A DNA stretch of 64,000 nucleotides from Felis catus (Eukaryota), in the NCBI RefSeq assembly GCF_018350175.1, contig NC_058368.1, positions 156,490,001 to 156,554,000 on the forward strand. Direction: 5' to 3'. Of the stretch, positions 13,434 to 26,407 are shown piece by piece. Positions within the stretch are counted from its first letter, which is position 1, and the number at the start of each line of letters is the position of its first letter. The translations under genes were made by a program, and so were the position numbers. The notes under the pieces are model-generated. The model did no database searches and was not told the origin of the DNA. It saw only the letters and a list, made by a program, of their open reading frames with translations.

Positions 13434-16217
13434 CAGCAGAATGATCTGAGACTGGGCTTCAAGGTCTGTGGGTAGATCTGTGAATTTAAGAAGAAAAAAA
13501 TATTTTAAATTTTCCTTTCTGAGACTTTGATTAGTTTTATTTAAAAAATTTATGTTTTCTTTGAAATTATAATATTAACACCTTGATTCACACCAAGTAA
13601 TATGGATGAATATTTTATCTGCCAGCCTAGACTAAATTACGTCATGGTAAAAAAAAAAAACACCTCAAAATCATGAAAGCTTATAAAAATAAAAACACAG
13701 GTTTATTTTTTGTTCATACTACATGCCCTTATGGGTTGGCTCTACATCACCTTTATTCTAGAATTCAAGCTAAACAAGGATCTCCTATGCGGACAGTTCC
13801 AGCTATGTTTCAGAAGGAAAGGAGAGATGGCAGAGCCAAGGATGGCTCCTGAACCTTTGGCTGGGAAATGGCCTAGGTCGGCCAAAGTGAGATACATGGC
13901 CAGGCCAGAGATCACTAGGCAGGGAAACATATTTTGAACAGCGAGCAATCTGATATTGAAGGTAAACAGATAGGTAATATTGTCACTATAATGTTAAGAC
14001 CTCTGGAATGGTTTACGATGGATAGGAATCTAAGAAAACACATGGTGCTAACATGACTATAGCCATACATCTCTGTTTACCTCGAGTCTAGCTTAAGTAG
14101 GAAAATTTCAAAAGAAAAAAAAAACAGTACCATGAGGTTTTCATATCTATTGATTTTCTATTAATTATGGAGTTTAATGGGATGCAAAACTACAGTATTT
14201 CTTACGTGGCAGGATTCTGGCCAATAGAAGTATGCAACCAATAAAATTAAAGGGAGTAGCTCAGGCTGCCTACTGTGAAAATCTATTGGACACTGTGTAT
14301 CTTTTTTCTTTATATAAATACATTTTGGTTATTAAAGACTGGGACTTTACCTGGCTTTGGATTTGCCCCAAGGAACAAAAAAAGACCTGTATTAAAATAT
14401 TTTTTGCATCCATCATATCACCAAGAAAAATAACCTACATGTCACTGGAAAGATGCTGGTGAAGCCACACATTTCTTGAAGTTGCGTTCTCATCAAATGA
14501 TGTCAACACTACAGAATTTCTGACATGTCTTTAATATCTCCCTTTTGCACATAATAATACAAATAGATACCTCTATTTGCATAGCCAACTCCTGTCGACA
14601 AGTTCTTACAATCAAAGAATTCCTACTTTGTGAACTTCTTTGAGAATCTGCAGAGTCAATGTCTTTAACATGGTGAAGAATTTCTTTGCCAAACAAATTT
14701 TCAGGCAGAATAAAAATCTTGGCACTCTGGGCTCCGATAGAGCATCTGTGATGCTTGGCAACACATCTGGTTCTGCTGCTTTGGTGAAGAAACATGCTTC
14801 TCATCTCAACATGCAGTGGTGTCAGCCAGTGTCAACGATTCTGCCAGCGATCCTGAAAAAATTGTGTCTGTTTCTACGGATGTTGTCAACCTCTTGAGAG
14901 CCAGAGCTGACACACTATTTCAAGAGGTTTTGTCAAGAAATGGGAGTATAAGAGTAAGTTCATTGCTGCAGTACAGACGATAACTAGCTTTCTAGAGGAC
15001 CTGTCTTGAAACATGTGATTGACTTTCAAATATGAGTTCTGCTTTTTTGAGGCAAAGGAAATCCGATGATGAGAATAAACCACAGGAAACAGTCCATTCA
15101 TGGTTTGCTTTACTTGGTGATTATTCTTGCCAAATTATCTAAGGCGATCTTCCTATTTAAATTCTTTTAGCTCAACTGCCATGCAGAAGGGCATGTTGGG
15201 GCATTTACCTAAACTTTCTGAGGCTGGAGAAATACTTCTGAATACTGGAACAAGGAGTAATGAAAGTTTTCAATTTGTTTACAGCTGGAAACCCACAGAC
15301 AGTTGGAATCATAACTCTTCAAAAGCTAATTCTGTCTCCAATGACCCTAACATGGAATCGTGAATATTTAATCCTTTTTTTTAAGTTTATTTATTTTGAG
15401 ACAGAGAAAGTGCAAGTGGGGAAGGGGCAGAGAGAGAGGGAGAGAGAGAGAATCCCAAACAGGCTCTGCAGTGCCAACACAGAGCCCGATGTGGGGCTCG
15501 AACCCACGAAGCTATGAGATAATGATTTGAGCTGAAACCAAGTTGGGTGCTTACCCGACTGAGCCACCCAGGTGCCCCTTAATCCTTTTTAAAAAAATAA
15601 TGATGAGGCATTAATGATGCAAACAATTTAAAACATGATATCCTCAGCACAATATGATAGGAATTCAACAAGGACTTTGGAGAACTCTAGGAATTTGTCT
15701 ATGCTTAACCCTCATCTAATAAAGCCACAGCAGTCCCATTTTGTTTGCTGTTTTCTTTTGCCAAGTCAGTGTTTTAAGCACGTATTGCCATGCAACTGAA
15801 AAGTCATAGTCAAACAGATGTCAAAAATAACAAGCCTATTGCTGTGTCAAAAACCACTCCATAATTTCAATATCAAAGCCAGACATCAGCCTTCTTGTAG
15901 AAGCTTACTTTTGAGCTGAACTAAACTTTATTTTTACTTGAAAAATTTGCATTTATCTCAGGTGTTTGAGGAAAATAGGCATTAATGTCAAGAGGAAGGT
16001 AGTGAGAGGAACAGAGGTATGACTCTGTAAAAATACTTTACTCTGAAAAATAATTCAATTTCCATCCATTGCAATACAAAAAGGCATGGAAAAGTTTTTT
16101 TTTTTTTTTTTTTTTTTTTACGTGTTTACATATTTTTTCTCCACCCTGGGGAAAAAATCTGCAGCTTTCTTCAGGTTTTCAAAGGGTCTGTGACCTAAAT
16201 AGGGCTAATACCCTCTG
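13434..16217 (+). mobile_element. Decayed hAT (Charlie/Buster group) DNA transposon with a near-full-length transposase relic (~14090-15900)
   Basis: BED-finger remnant QYFLRGRILANRSMQPIKLK lies near 14195-14255. The catalytic region reads VFNMVKNFFAKQ..NLGTLGSDRASVMLGNTSGSAALVKK (compare CTDGAPAMLG..SGF). A C-terminal remnant reads DVKNNKPIAVSKTTP. The right end is Charlie-like: ...caggttttcaaagggtctgtgacctaaatagggctaataccctctg. The left end is approximate. Confidence 0.8.
15381..15578 (-). mobile_element. Felid Can-SINE inserted in the hAT transposase relic
   Basis: TSD ttaatccttttt at 15368-15379 and 15579-15590. Confidence 0.93.
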
Positions 16218-16615
16218 TCCTGATGCTTTCTAGAATAGAATGAATGTTCTAAGGAAGTGAAATTCTCCTGATGAAAAGTCAAGTTAACCATGCTTTGGTG
16301 CTGTAGTCACCAATGAATAATACAGGCTCCTCAACAGGAAAGTAAGCACGTGCACTAGAGATGGGTACAAACTCACTCTCATCTTTGGACGAGCTTTTCT
16401 GAATAAAAACTAAGGCAATTCGGACAAAAATATTTGCTTTGCTATACTGTTTTAGTTTCCATATTGAATGAAGAACTGTGTAGCCATATTTATATAGAAG
16501 AGTAGATTAAGTTAATAAGGAAAAATTAGGAGCTTAGATCTAGTGCTTTAAAATGTACATATATATGTGTGTGTGGGCGGGGGGGGGGGGGGGGAAGATG
16601 CCATTGGAAGGCACC

Positions 16616-16862
16616 TGTATTAGTTTCTATTGCTGCTGTCATGAATAAACCCAGTGGCTTAAATGACACAGATTTGTTATCTTATAGTTTTGCGGTCCGC
16701 ACATTGGAAGTGGGTCTCACAGGGCTAACTAAAATCAAGATGTGGGCATGACTGCATTTCTTTCTGGAGGCTCTAGGGGAGAATCTTCTTCCTTGCCCTT
16801 TCCGGCTTCTAAAGGCTGCACACAGGTCTTGGTTTGTGGTCACCTTCCTCCGTCTTCAAAGC
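16616..16862 (-). mobile_element. MaLR LTR fragment (MLT1A/B/C-like)
   Basis: tgtattagtttctattgctgctgt..gtggcttaaa..aaaatcaagatgt..ctggaggctctaggggagaatc..ccttgccc.ttccggcttcta.aggctgc. Confidence 0.85.
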
Positions 16863-18372
16863 TGGTGTAGCCCTTCAACCCTCCAACCTACCCTGCCCCC
16901 CGCCCCCCATCAGTTTGTTTTATTAACGCCAGTGCTCTGGCCTTGGCTCCATACTCCCCCACACTGGGTGCTGTCCAGCAGCTCCTTCTGCTGCTGTAGT
17001 TCTGGGTCTTCAGTTTCTTCTTGTGCTGTTGAGCCTACATTACAGGGCACACCCTCTCTCGGGCTGCAGAACTTCTGGCAGGACATCTTTGAGGGGTTAT
17101 TACTCGCTCACCACAGTCCTGCTTAGCTGGTATAGTGGGAAAGGGCTGAATGTACACGAAAGCAGTGTGAAGAACTGGAAACCTAGAAGTAAAGAGCTCC
17201 TGGCTGGGGATGGATGCTGTACTCCCTGATTATGCTACCAGAATGCCTAAAGAGCATGTTTAAAGTAATTTGCATCTGTTCTTTGATTTTTATTTTCCAG
17301 GAAAAATTAGTTTTAAGGAAGGATAAAGATGCTAAACTTGGAAAACCTGAGTTTCAGCCCTGGCTCTGCCACTTATTATCTGTATCACCTTTGGCAATGC
17401 ACCCATGTTTGGCTGGAGCAGTTTCCCCATTTTTAAATGAAGTTGAACTAGGAGGAGCAAGGAGAAGATGGGCTGGGATGTGCTGAGTGTGTGGGGCTGT
17501 TTGGAGGATCTTGGGAATTTTATTGGCCCACAAGGGAGTCCTGGAATGAGAAACACCTGGGTGCCCTGGTGCCAGAAGCCCCTAGTTGTGAACTCTTACT
17601 AAGGAGTCTGGCTTACAGCACTTATCAAGCAAACCCCAATCCTTGCGGACACCTCCCCTGACACACCTGTCAGAGTCACAAGGCTGCAGAGCTTCACCTT
17701 AGGGGTCCAGCCAGGTGGGGCAGATGGGCTCTGGCCCAAGGGCTGTGCAGGGGCAACACCAGCAGAGGCAGGGTAAGGGCAGTGACTGTGCAGGCAAACT
17801 CAGAAGACTTCCTGCCTTGCAGGAGGCAGAAAGCCATGGGGCAGCAAGGCATCCTTCTGACACTTCTCTTCGGCATCCTCTAGTGTGAATGTTGCTATGA
17901 TTCTAGATGAAGTAGAGTGTTCCTGCTGACTCAAGGTCAGTGTGCTATCTATCACCTTAGCGGGTCTGAGCACCAATACATCCCCTAAAGGAGGAATGGA
18001 CCCTTCCTTGCTTTTTGCCTATTTTATTCTTTTTTGTTCTTCTCCCGAGAAGGAAGCAACAAGGGGAAAGAACGTGTTTCCCATCAGGCTTTCTGCATGC
18101 CCAACCACCCCTCACCCCAGAGAACTAGATAATAAGTAGGACATACTGTACTATAACTCAGTTTAAAATATAAAGTTTACCTCAGTAAAATATATTTCAG
18201 TTTGTATCTCTGGTATGAGATGTTTCCTACAATCTTTGAAAGGATGTGTCTGTGCAGGCAGGCTTTCCTAATTTGTTTACTGTAAGATAGTTATGGCATT
18301 GCCTGGCAATAGATACATACAAGGAACACAAAGACTGTTCCATTTTTGTTCCAGAGCCTGAGTGGATCTAGA

Positions 18373-18962
18373 TGCAGTGGCAGAATTCTAAGATGACTGC
18401 CAAGATTCCTACTTCCTGGTGTATATGTTCTGTATAATCCCTTCACTTTGTAGGGGAAGGGAATTAGGAATATAATGGTATAGCCATCCCATGATTAGGT
18501 TATATTAGATGGCACAGTGGACTTTAAGAAAGAATTATCTTTGGTCGGCATGATCTAATTAGGTGAACCCTTAAAAGGGACTAGGCTCTTCCTGAAGAAA
18601 GAGAGTTAAAGTGTTAGAGAGATTTGACAAAAGGGAGCTTCTCCATGGATGGATATAAAGATGGGATGGACCATGGAAAGTAACCAGTGGGAGTGAAAAG
18701 CCAACAAGAAAACAAAGGCTTCAGTCCTCCAAATATAAGGAAGTGAATTCTCTCAACACACCGAATGAGCTTGGAAGTGGATTCTTCTGCAAAGCCTCAG
18801 ATGAGAACTCAGCTTGACACCTTGAGTGTGAGATTCTGAGCAGAGAGCCCAGTTGAGCCATGCCTAGACTTCCGACATGCTGAGTTGAGAGCTAATACAT
18901 GTGGCTTGTTTGAAGCCTCTAAGTTTGTGGTCATTTGCAATGCAGCAATAGAAAACTAATAA
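18373..18962 (+). mobile_element. MaLR solo LTR (MLT1E-like)
   Basis: tggcagaattctaagatga..aagattcc..tgtataatccc..ttcagtcct..aaggaagtgaattct..aatgagcttggaagtggattctt..taagtttgtggtcatttg..gcagcaatagaaaactaata. Confidence 0.85.
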
Positions 18963-21900
18963 ACTAATACAATGCTATTCCAGTTAAATGTGAATTAAGA
19001 TTTTTTTAAATAAATTTTTTTCTTGACTTCTCTTTCCCTGCCTTTCTCCAAAGCTTTGATCGGCTCCCCCACCATGTAATTGTTTCATGGAATATAACTA
19101 GAACATGTTGCCAGATTAGAATCTTCTTCTATCACTTATCAGAGGTATCTCCTCCCCCACCCCATCCTTGATTTGAGATGCAGAGATGTATGCATCCTGG
19201 GTATATTGTATACATTTGTAGGGCTGGAGAATCAAAGCAGAAAACAGAGATTTCAAGAATTAAAACAAACAATCTGTGTATTTTTAAGTAACTCAGATAT
19301 GTTTCATTCATTGCATCTAGTTATCTTGAAACACAGTAACCTTGACATAATGGCCGAGGAAAAAGGAGAAGCAATGCAAGCATAAATGCCTGAACACTTT
19401 AATATCTTTTATCAATAAACATTAGTAGTATGCCATGCGTCTGAATCCATGCTTATCCTGAGGAAAACCTGCATTCTATCTTCTGCTTCCTGATATTGCA
19501 GCTGGATCCCATTACAAGGGTAGAACACACCATGGGAAGCATGCCTAAACTTTTTAAGCTACAAAACGAAAGCTGATCTTCATTAATTAGATGTCTAGAT
19601 TATGCAGATTGACCAATGTATTATTATAAATAACACGGTCAAAAACACTATTAGATGGCTTATTGATAGGTCCACCTAGGTAATTTAGCTAAGCCTTAAG
19701 TATTTACTAAGATATTCTATTAACCACAAAGGCAGGATTTGGTGTCAGGTCAAAAATCAGATCAAACTGTGACTTTGTGGCTGATGGCTGAGAGAAGGCT
19801 CTACAACAAAGGGAACTGAGAACAAAGTAGGATGTCTTTCTAACATTTAATTCAGGAGAAATTTCATCTCCGGTAGAGCTTCATCTAGTACTACTACATA
19901 ATGCAGATAAGTGAAACAAGTCAATGATTCATAACTAAGAACCACCATTTAAAACCCATCTTCTCTGCCTTTGTGAAAACCGTGGAATTGGATTAAGAGA
20001 GAAGCCACCCAACTTTAGATTCAGGCAAATGTGGACAATGGATCCTAGAATGAAGGCTAAGTCTGAGGATCACAAACTCTCACCTGAATGATTAGCTGTT
20101 TTAATAAAAAAAGAAGGACACACGAAAAAAAAAAAATCCTCAAAAGCCCATCGCATGGAAAAGCTTTAGGATCTGGGGTTCCAGGTGAATCGTGACTTAG
20201 CTTTTACTAACTTTAACCAAAGTCTTCCCAGGTGCTGAAGTTAGCACTAAAGAAAAGCTCTTACGAAACTGTTATGCGAAGTAATTATAATCTGTGTCCG
20301 CTTCAACTTCTTGTACCTGTGTCTTTGCCATCTATATAATTATGTTGAGGGAAAACACTTCGAGCTGAAATGAAATAAACGACTTCGGTTTATGCCCACA
20401 CGGACCTTGTCAAGTAGCCAATGACTTGCCCTTTCATTGTGAGTGACTAATATCAATGCTGGCTCTAAAGAAAGACACTTTTCATAATCGCCCAACAATC
20501 TGCTAAGTGAAAACATATGGATAGGCTTAGGCAAAGCCTGCCAGGGGTCTTTGCTGAATGGAAAACAGGTGCTCTCATTCTGTGCCACGTAATACCCCAT
20601 TTACCCCCAAGTCCAAAGGTTATAGGACTAATAGCTGCCTTGTGGTAATCAGGGAAAGCCCAGAAACCAGCCTCGGTGTAACATCTGGGACATATTTTAC
20701 ATACTTGCAACATATGCTTCAGGTTCAATTAAAGTGAGGCTTTGGCACATTTATTAATCTTTTTTACTTTTATCCTATAAGAGGACTCACTGACCTGACC
20801 CCACTATTATGCCATATGAGAAAACAGAGAAATAATGAGAGCTAGAGGTCAGTGCCTGCTCATATGGCAAAAAACACATTTGTTTTCTCCTGAAATTCCA
20901 TTACGCACAACTCTATACACAAACTTTAAACAGAGGAACCAATGAATTTTTTAAAGTAGGAAATTACCCTTCTCTCACTCAGACACACTGATAGCCAAGA
21001 CTTACAACCTTTGCCACTATGACAGCCACTCAAGAGACGGAAGCTGGTAAATGGAAACTTGAAGGATCTTTTCATATTTTCATTTCTTATGGTAAAAACT
21101 TTCTATTTTAACACGTCCACTCTAGGATTCTTCCATTACGCAAGCCCCTAAAAGTCTTTTGTAAATTATTATACTTGAGATTTTCTTTTTGTTCAGGTAT
21201 GATTTTTATGCTATCAATTGCATTGTGACTGGAAAAGAAAAGCCTCCTTATATGTCCCTCGAATAAAGGGTTGGATTTATGAAAATCAGCTCACAACCCT
21301 TTCATATGGAAAACACACTGTTTGTCAGCGTCCTGCACGCAAGAATACAGTAGAATTCACACAGTAATTTAAGCACTCACTTTCAATCAACTCTGGTAAC
21401 CAGATCTGCAAATGTGTTAGAACCAGGGTGTCATTTCCAGACCCCTAAACACTAGACGACAATAGATGCCACTCCAGGGACCTGGTGCTGTTTCCACCTG
21501 GCATGCTCCACTCAACATCTAGGTTTTAGGGAGGTGGTTAACCAAGTGTTATTTGCTTCCCACTCCTAACATCCTCTCTGTTTAAAAAAATGACCATAAA
21601 GGGGAGATTAGTGGTTTGGAGTAGCAACAAACTGGCTAAAAAAAATACAGGTTGACTTCAAGCAGGGACATTGAAGTACTAGACTTCACTAAGGGTTTCC
21701 ATTTATTAACATTTCTGGAGAAACGCCCGCTGCTGGAATGAATCTTTATGGTGGCTTTAATAATAAAGCAGCAACAAGCAAGGGAAAATAGCCATAAATG
21801 GATGGCAGCTCAGTGTTTATCAGCAGAGAAATGATGATTCAGGGCTGGCATGTTGAGTTAAAATACAAGCTCTCTACCGCTCTAACACTGACCTTAACAA

Positions 21901-22100
21901 TAAATCATATCATTTATTGCCAGAAGTGTATGTTCATGTTATTTAACATTAAAAACAAGCACATACATGTTTTTGTAGGAAGGAGATTTTGTTAGTTTAT
22001 GTTTGATGATGTCACTAATGACTAAATGATATACAGAAGAAAAATTTCACATAAAATCTCTATCAATTTAAAAATATTTGGAACAACATTAGATGGGAGA

Positions 22101-22102
<2 letters not shown>

Positions 22103-22148
<46 letters not shown>
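22103..22148 (+). repeat. (GT)n microsatellite, ~23 units
   Basis: Seen directly. Confidence 0.97.
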
Positions 22149-22149
<1 letters not shown>

Positions 22150-22674
22150 TATGTTTTCATTCTCCTTCTAGCATTGAATAATAGTCAAGAAAAAATCATG
22201 TGGGAGTTTGACTAATCGCTGTGAATTTTTTTTTAACATTTCTAATGCTTGCTTCCAGCATGTGAATTCTTATACAAGGATATAACTGTACATCTCTACT
22301 AGAATCAAAGGTCAAGGGCATAAATTAAGATATACTGTTGTTCTCCTTTATTCCAAAAATTCACTGCTTTATTATAATAGAAATCAGATTCCAGTGAAGG
22401 TCAAAATCTGGTTTTGTATGCCAAACAATTTGGAAATAATGAATGATATTCTCTCTTCCCTCCCAACCTCACTCTAGCACCTTTTAGATTTTCGATCTAG
22501 AAATGCCCAAGGATTTTGCTAAACCAGCATCACTATCCTCCTTGCCATAAAAAGACTTTCTTCTGACCCGAGACACCACCACCACAGTGGTTCAAGGTCA
22601 TTCTAATTCATCCCTCCAGTTATCCCCTCTCCACACAGGACACAGCCAATCCAAGCGATTCCAGAAACTAGCTG

Positions 22675-22708
22675 GTTTGTTTTTGTTTTTGTTTTTGTTT
22701 TTGTTTTT
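22675..22708 (+). repeat. (TTTTTG)n tandem repeat
   Basis: Seen directly. Confidence 0.9.
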
Positions 22709-23309
22709 ACCGTGGTCATCATTCCCATGCCAACCAGCAATCACAAAATAACCTGTCAACGGGCTTTCCTGACCAAGGAGCCACAGGGCTACCCCAAGTC
22801 AAGTCTAGGCAAGGACCATGAGCACTGGGATTATGTAAATGCCCTCTGAAGCCCTCCACACACACGTGTGTTCTTTTGCTGAGCAATTCTTTGAAAATTA
22901 CAGATGACAACATCCATGTTGAACTTAAGCAGGCTGCTATTTTTTCACTTCTCTCTTCCTCCGAAGTGTAGCCTGATTTGTAATACTCAAGATAGGACAA
23001 ATTTTTGCCCTTCAAAAACAGTTGTCACTGCTGTTATCTTCACGAGAGCTATCAAGTTTCAGACAAGCTGAATTATTTTTTTTTGTTCCTGGCAGAAAAA
23101 TATTTGACCCAGCTCTGGACAAAAGCGAAGAGGATTTATAGCCCTCTCTCCTTCTTTGCAACATGCAGTGGCATTGTTAGGATGATAAACAGCGCTGTCC
23201 AATTTTCTGGACTCAAACACTTCAACTCCTTTTTTAACTGTCTGTGAAAACAGTGTCATGTCTACATTTCCCCATCCCCTGGTACCCAAGTGCTGGGAAA
23301 GATAATTAC

Positions 23310-23363
23310 CTTGTCATCTTTGTCATCTTCTTCTTCCTCGTCCTCCAGCATGTCCTCCACTAC
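23310..23363 (-). CDS. MCTP1: MCTP1 internal coding exon (54 nt, phase 0/0) encoding the acidic loop VVEDMLEDEEEEDDKDDK
   Basis: The minus strand reads tctgtttctgtctgcag|GTAGTGGAGGAC...GATGACAAG|gtaatt. The spliced product ...KDNRQRDT-VVEDMLEDEEEEDDKDDK matches the recalled MCTP1 sequence. Confidence 0.95.
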
Positions 23364-23851
23364 CTGCAGACAGAAACAGAAGTCATTTTCGTGCTCTTAA
23401 GAGGAGAGAATTTTGTTCTGTCATTTTGAACCTTTTGGAAATGAAAACTTTATTAACATTTGAAACAGATTCATGGAGAGGGACTATTTGATCTAGAGAT
23501 AGGGATTAGGGAAATGCTCTGCCTTTAATTGATTGAAACCAGGGAAGTGGATCCCACTCAGGGAAACCCTATTCGTGTGAAATGTTCCGTGACAACTTAA
23601 AGAATTTGAACTATGCATAAGGTAAACTAACATTAATTTGAGAGATGCTTTAAATCAGGAACTTTCCTTTTTTACCTACTCCACTGTCTGTATTAATGAG
23701 GCACTTTAAGTTTGGAGCTAGATAACTAAGCAGAATCCAACTCCGCTATTTCGAATTCATTTTTCACCAAGCTTTAAGTATACTGTCTGTTTGTCGATTT
23801 ATGCTGGTGGTCTATGGCATAAAGCTAGTATCTTCCATGGCTCAAATTTTA

Positions 23852-25292
23852 CTTTTTAAAAATTTTTTTATTGAATACCTTTGATGTGTAACATTGCATA
23901 AGTTTAAAGTATGCTGTGTGTTACTTGGACACATTTATATGTTGTAATATGTTTGCTAATGTAGCAGTATTTATATTACATAATTATAGTATACTATTAG
24001 TGCCTATGTTCATTATACTGTGCATCAGATCTTGATGGCCTACTTAATACCTGTCATAAGCTTGTACCCTTAAACACCACCACTGCTATCCCTGCCATCC
24101 ATTCCCTGGTAACCACCATTTTACTATCTTTTTGTATACGTTTGACTTTTTTAGATCCCATGTATAAATGCTATCATATAATACCACTCTTCCTCTGACT
24201 TATCTTGGTTATAATGTGCTCAAGGTCCAGCCATGTTCTCACAAAAGGGAGGCTATCTTCTTGTCTTGTAACTGAATAGCATTCCTCTGCGTATACATGC
24301 CACATCTTTTTCACCCATTCACCTGTTGATGGGCATTTGGGTTGTTTCCATATATTGGCAACATATAGGGAATCATGCTGCAGTAAACATGTTAGCACAG
24401 ATAATTTTTCGATATCCTGTGTTCATTTCCTTTGGGTATATATTTAGAAGCATAATTGTTGGACCATATGGCAGATCTATTTTTATTTTTTTGAGGAAAC
24501 TCCACATTGTTTTCCATAGTGTTGTAACCAATTTACATTCCTACCAATAGTGTATAAAGTTCTATATTCACCACATCCTCAAGAGGACCTATCGTCTCTT
24601 CCTGATGACAGCCATTCTAAGAGACATTCATTAACTCATTGAGACTTTGATATAGCGATGGTATTGCATTGTGGTTTAGGTTTGCATTTCCTTGATAGTA
24701 GTGATGTTAAGCATCTTTTCATCTGTCGGTCATTTTGATGTTCTCTTTGGAAAGTTGTCTATTTAGTTCTTCTGCCTATTTTTATTTATTCATTCATTCC
24801 TTCATTCATTCATTTATAAATATTTATTTAGTATTGAGAGAGAGAGAGAAAGTGAGAGAAAGCACAAGCAGGGGAGGGGCAGAGAGAGAGAGGGAGACAC
24901 AGGATCAGCATCTGAAGCAGGCCATAGGCTCTGAGCTGTCAGCACAGAGCCAGTTAGGGGCTCGAACTCACCAACTATGAGATCATGACCTGAGTTGAAT
25001 TTGGACGCTTAACCAACTGAGCCACCCTGGGTGTCCCTCTTCTGCCTAGTTTTAAATTGGATTGTTTGTTTGTTGTTGTTGTTGTTGTTGTTGTTAGGGA
25101 GTTGACTGAGTTCTTCAGATATTTTGGATATTAATCCCTTATCTGATATATTGTTTGCAAAAGTTTTCTCCCATTCTGTAGGTGGTCTTTTTATTGTGTT
25201 AAATCATTTGTTCCACTGTGCAGAGCTTTTGAGTTGAGGTAGTCTCATTTGTTTATTTTTTCTTCTGTTGTTTGTGGTTTTGGGGTCATCAA
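23852..25292 (-). mobile_element. 5'-truncated L1 (ORF2 3' end plus 3'UTR) with a nested SINE
   Basis: The minus frame reads WKQPKCPSTGEWVKKMWHVY, typical of the L1 ORF2 C-terminus. TSD ggctcaaatttta at 23839-23851 and 25293-25305. Confidence 0.92.
24780..25037 (-). mobile_element. Felid Can-SINE inside L1, with its tail decayed to (TTCA)n
   Basis: TSD tcttctgccta at 24768-24778 and 25038-25048. Confidence 0.92.
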
Positions 25293-26199
25293 GGCTCAAA
25301 TTTTAATTCTTATGTATAAATGTCAACTTTTGACTATCTCTCTGTATTTTTGATTTTGTGGGTTACCAGAAACTCTAATTTTAATTCTTGATTTTACACA
25401 AGGATTACATTATGAGAATGGACAATAAAAGAAAATTAGAAATGTATTCAATAATCAAACGTATAGGATATGTATAGGATATGTATATATAACCCCTATA
25501 GGTAGATATTTTAATGAATGTATTTTTTATGACTCCTAGTTTCCTTACTTCAACTTAATGCAATCTTCATTTTGGATTTGTCAAATAATTTGCCCTTTCC
25601 TTGATTAACATGTAACTGTGGTATTACAAATGGGATTTCACTCTGTCAGGTGTTTTATTGTGGTTTTATGTACCTACACACACTACACTCACTCTCTCTC
25701 TCTCTCTCTCTCTCCATGGAAACCAAAAATTTTTAAAAACTTTGGGGAGGGTTGGTATTCAGGCAAGTGCTAACTTCTGATTGCATTTATGCCATTTCAT
25801 ATAATTTCTAATTCTTGTGGTGCTTTTCTTTTTTATCCAGTCTGTATCTCGATTTCTGAATAAACTTGATAGAATCATGGTTATTAAATATTTTTAAATC
25901 TTTCTCCCAGAGCTCACAACTTTAAAAGATAGAGGAGACAGCTAGTGCTTCTTTCATGTGGCTTATGATACAGACAGGAATATGTTATGAGTGAAAACTT
26001 CAATAGCTAAGACTGTATTATGCAAAGAGCTACACAAACTGAGATAACATGTCAGGACTTTCAGTGATCTAATAATTGTTCTCAAATATTCTAAAAGCAT
26101 TAACTTATTTAAAATAATAGCCCAAACACAAACTTCCATTTCTCATAAACCAATAGAGAACCTAAAGCATCTGACAGCTTGTGAGCTTGTTCCTAATTT

Positions 26200-26407
26200 T
26201 TTTTTTTTAATTTTAGAGAGAGAGAGAGAGAGAGAGTGAGAGAGCCCAAGCAGGTGAGAGAGGCAGAAGGGGATAGAGAATGTGTCCCATGCAGGCTCTA
26301 TACTCAGCGTAGAGCATGATGCAGGGCTTGATCTCACGACCTTAGGATCATGACCTGAGCTGAAGTCAAGAGTTAGACACTCAACCAACTGAGCCACCCA
26401 GGTGTTC
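26200..26407 (-). mobile_element. Felid Can-SINE
   Basis: TSD tgag(c/a)ttgttcctaattt at 26182-26199 and 26408-26425. Confidence 0.93.

Noticed and set aside
14640..14897. 85-aa ORF as a domesticated transposase gene (ZBED8/FAM200-like)
   Set aside because: It is only a short open stretch within a heavily disrupted relic that also has a SINE insertion.
16574..16594. Long G run as a G-quadruplex element
   Set aside because: It is a simple homopolymer next to a TA/TG microsatellite, with no other support for function.
1..23300. Further downstream MCTP1 exons (expected next peptide DSEKKGF...)
   Set aside because: I did not find them by eye. The next exon probably lies beyond the window start.
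25461..25487. Short direct repeat gtataggatat x2 (similar micro-duplications at ~7592 and ~8983)
   Set aside because: Ordinary replication-slippage duplications.
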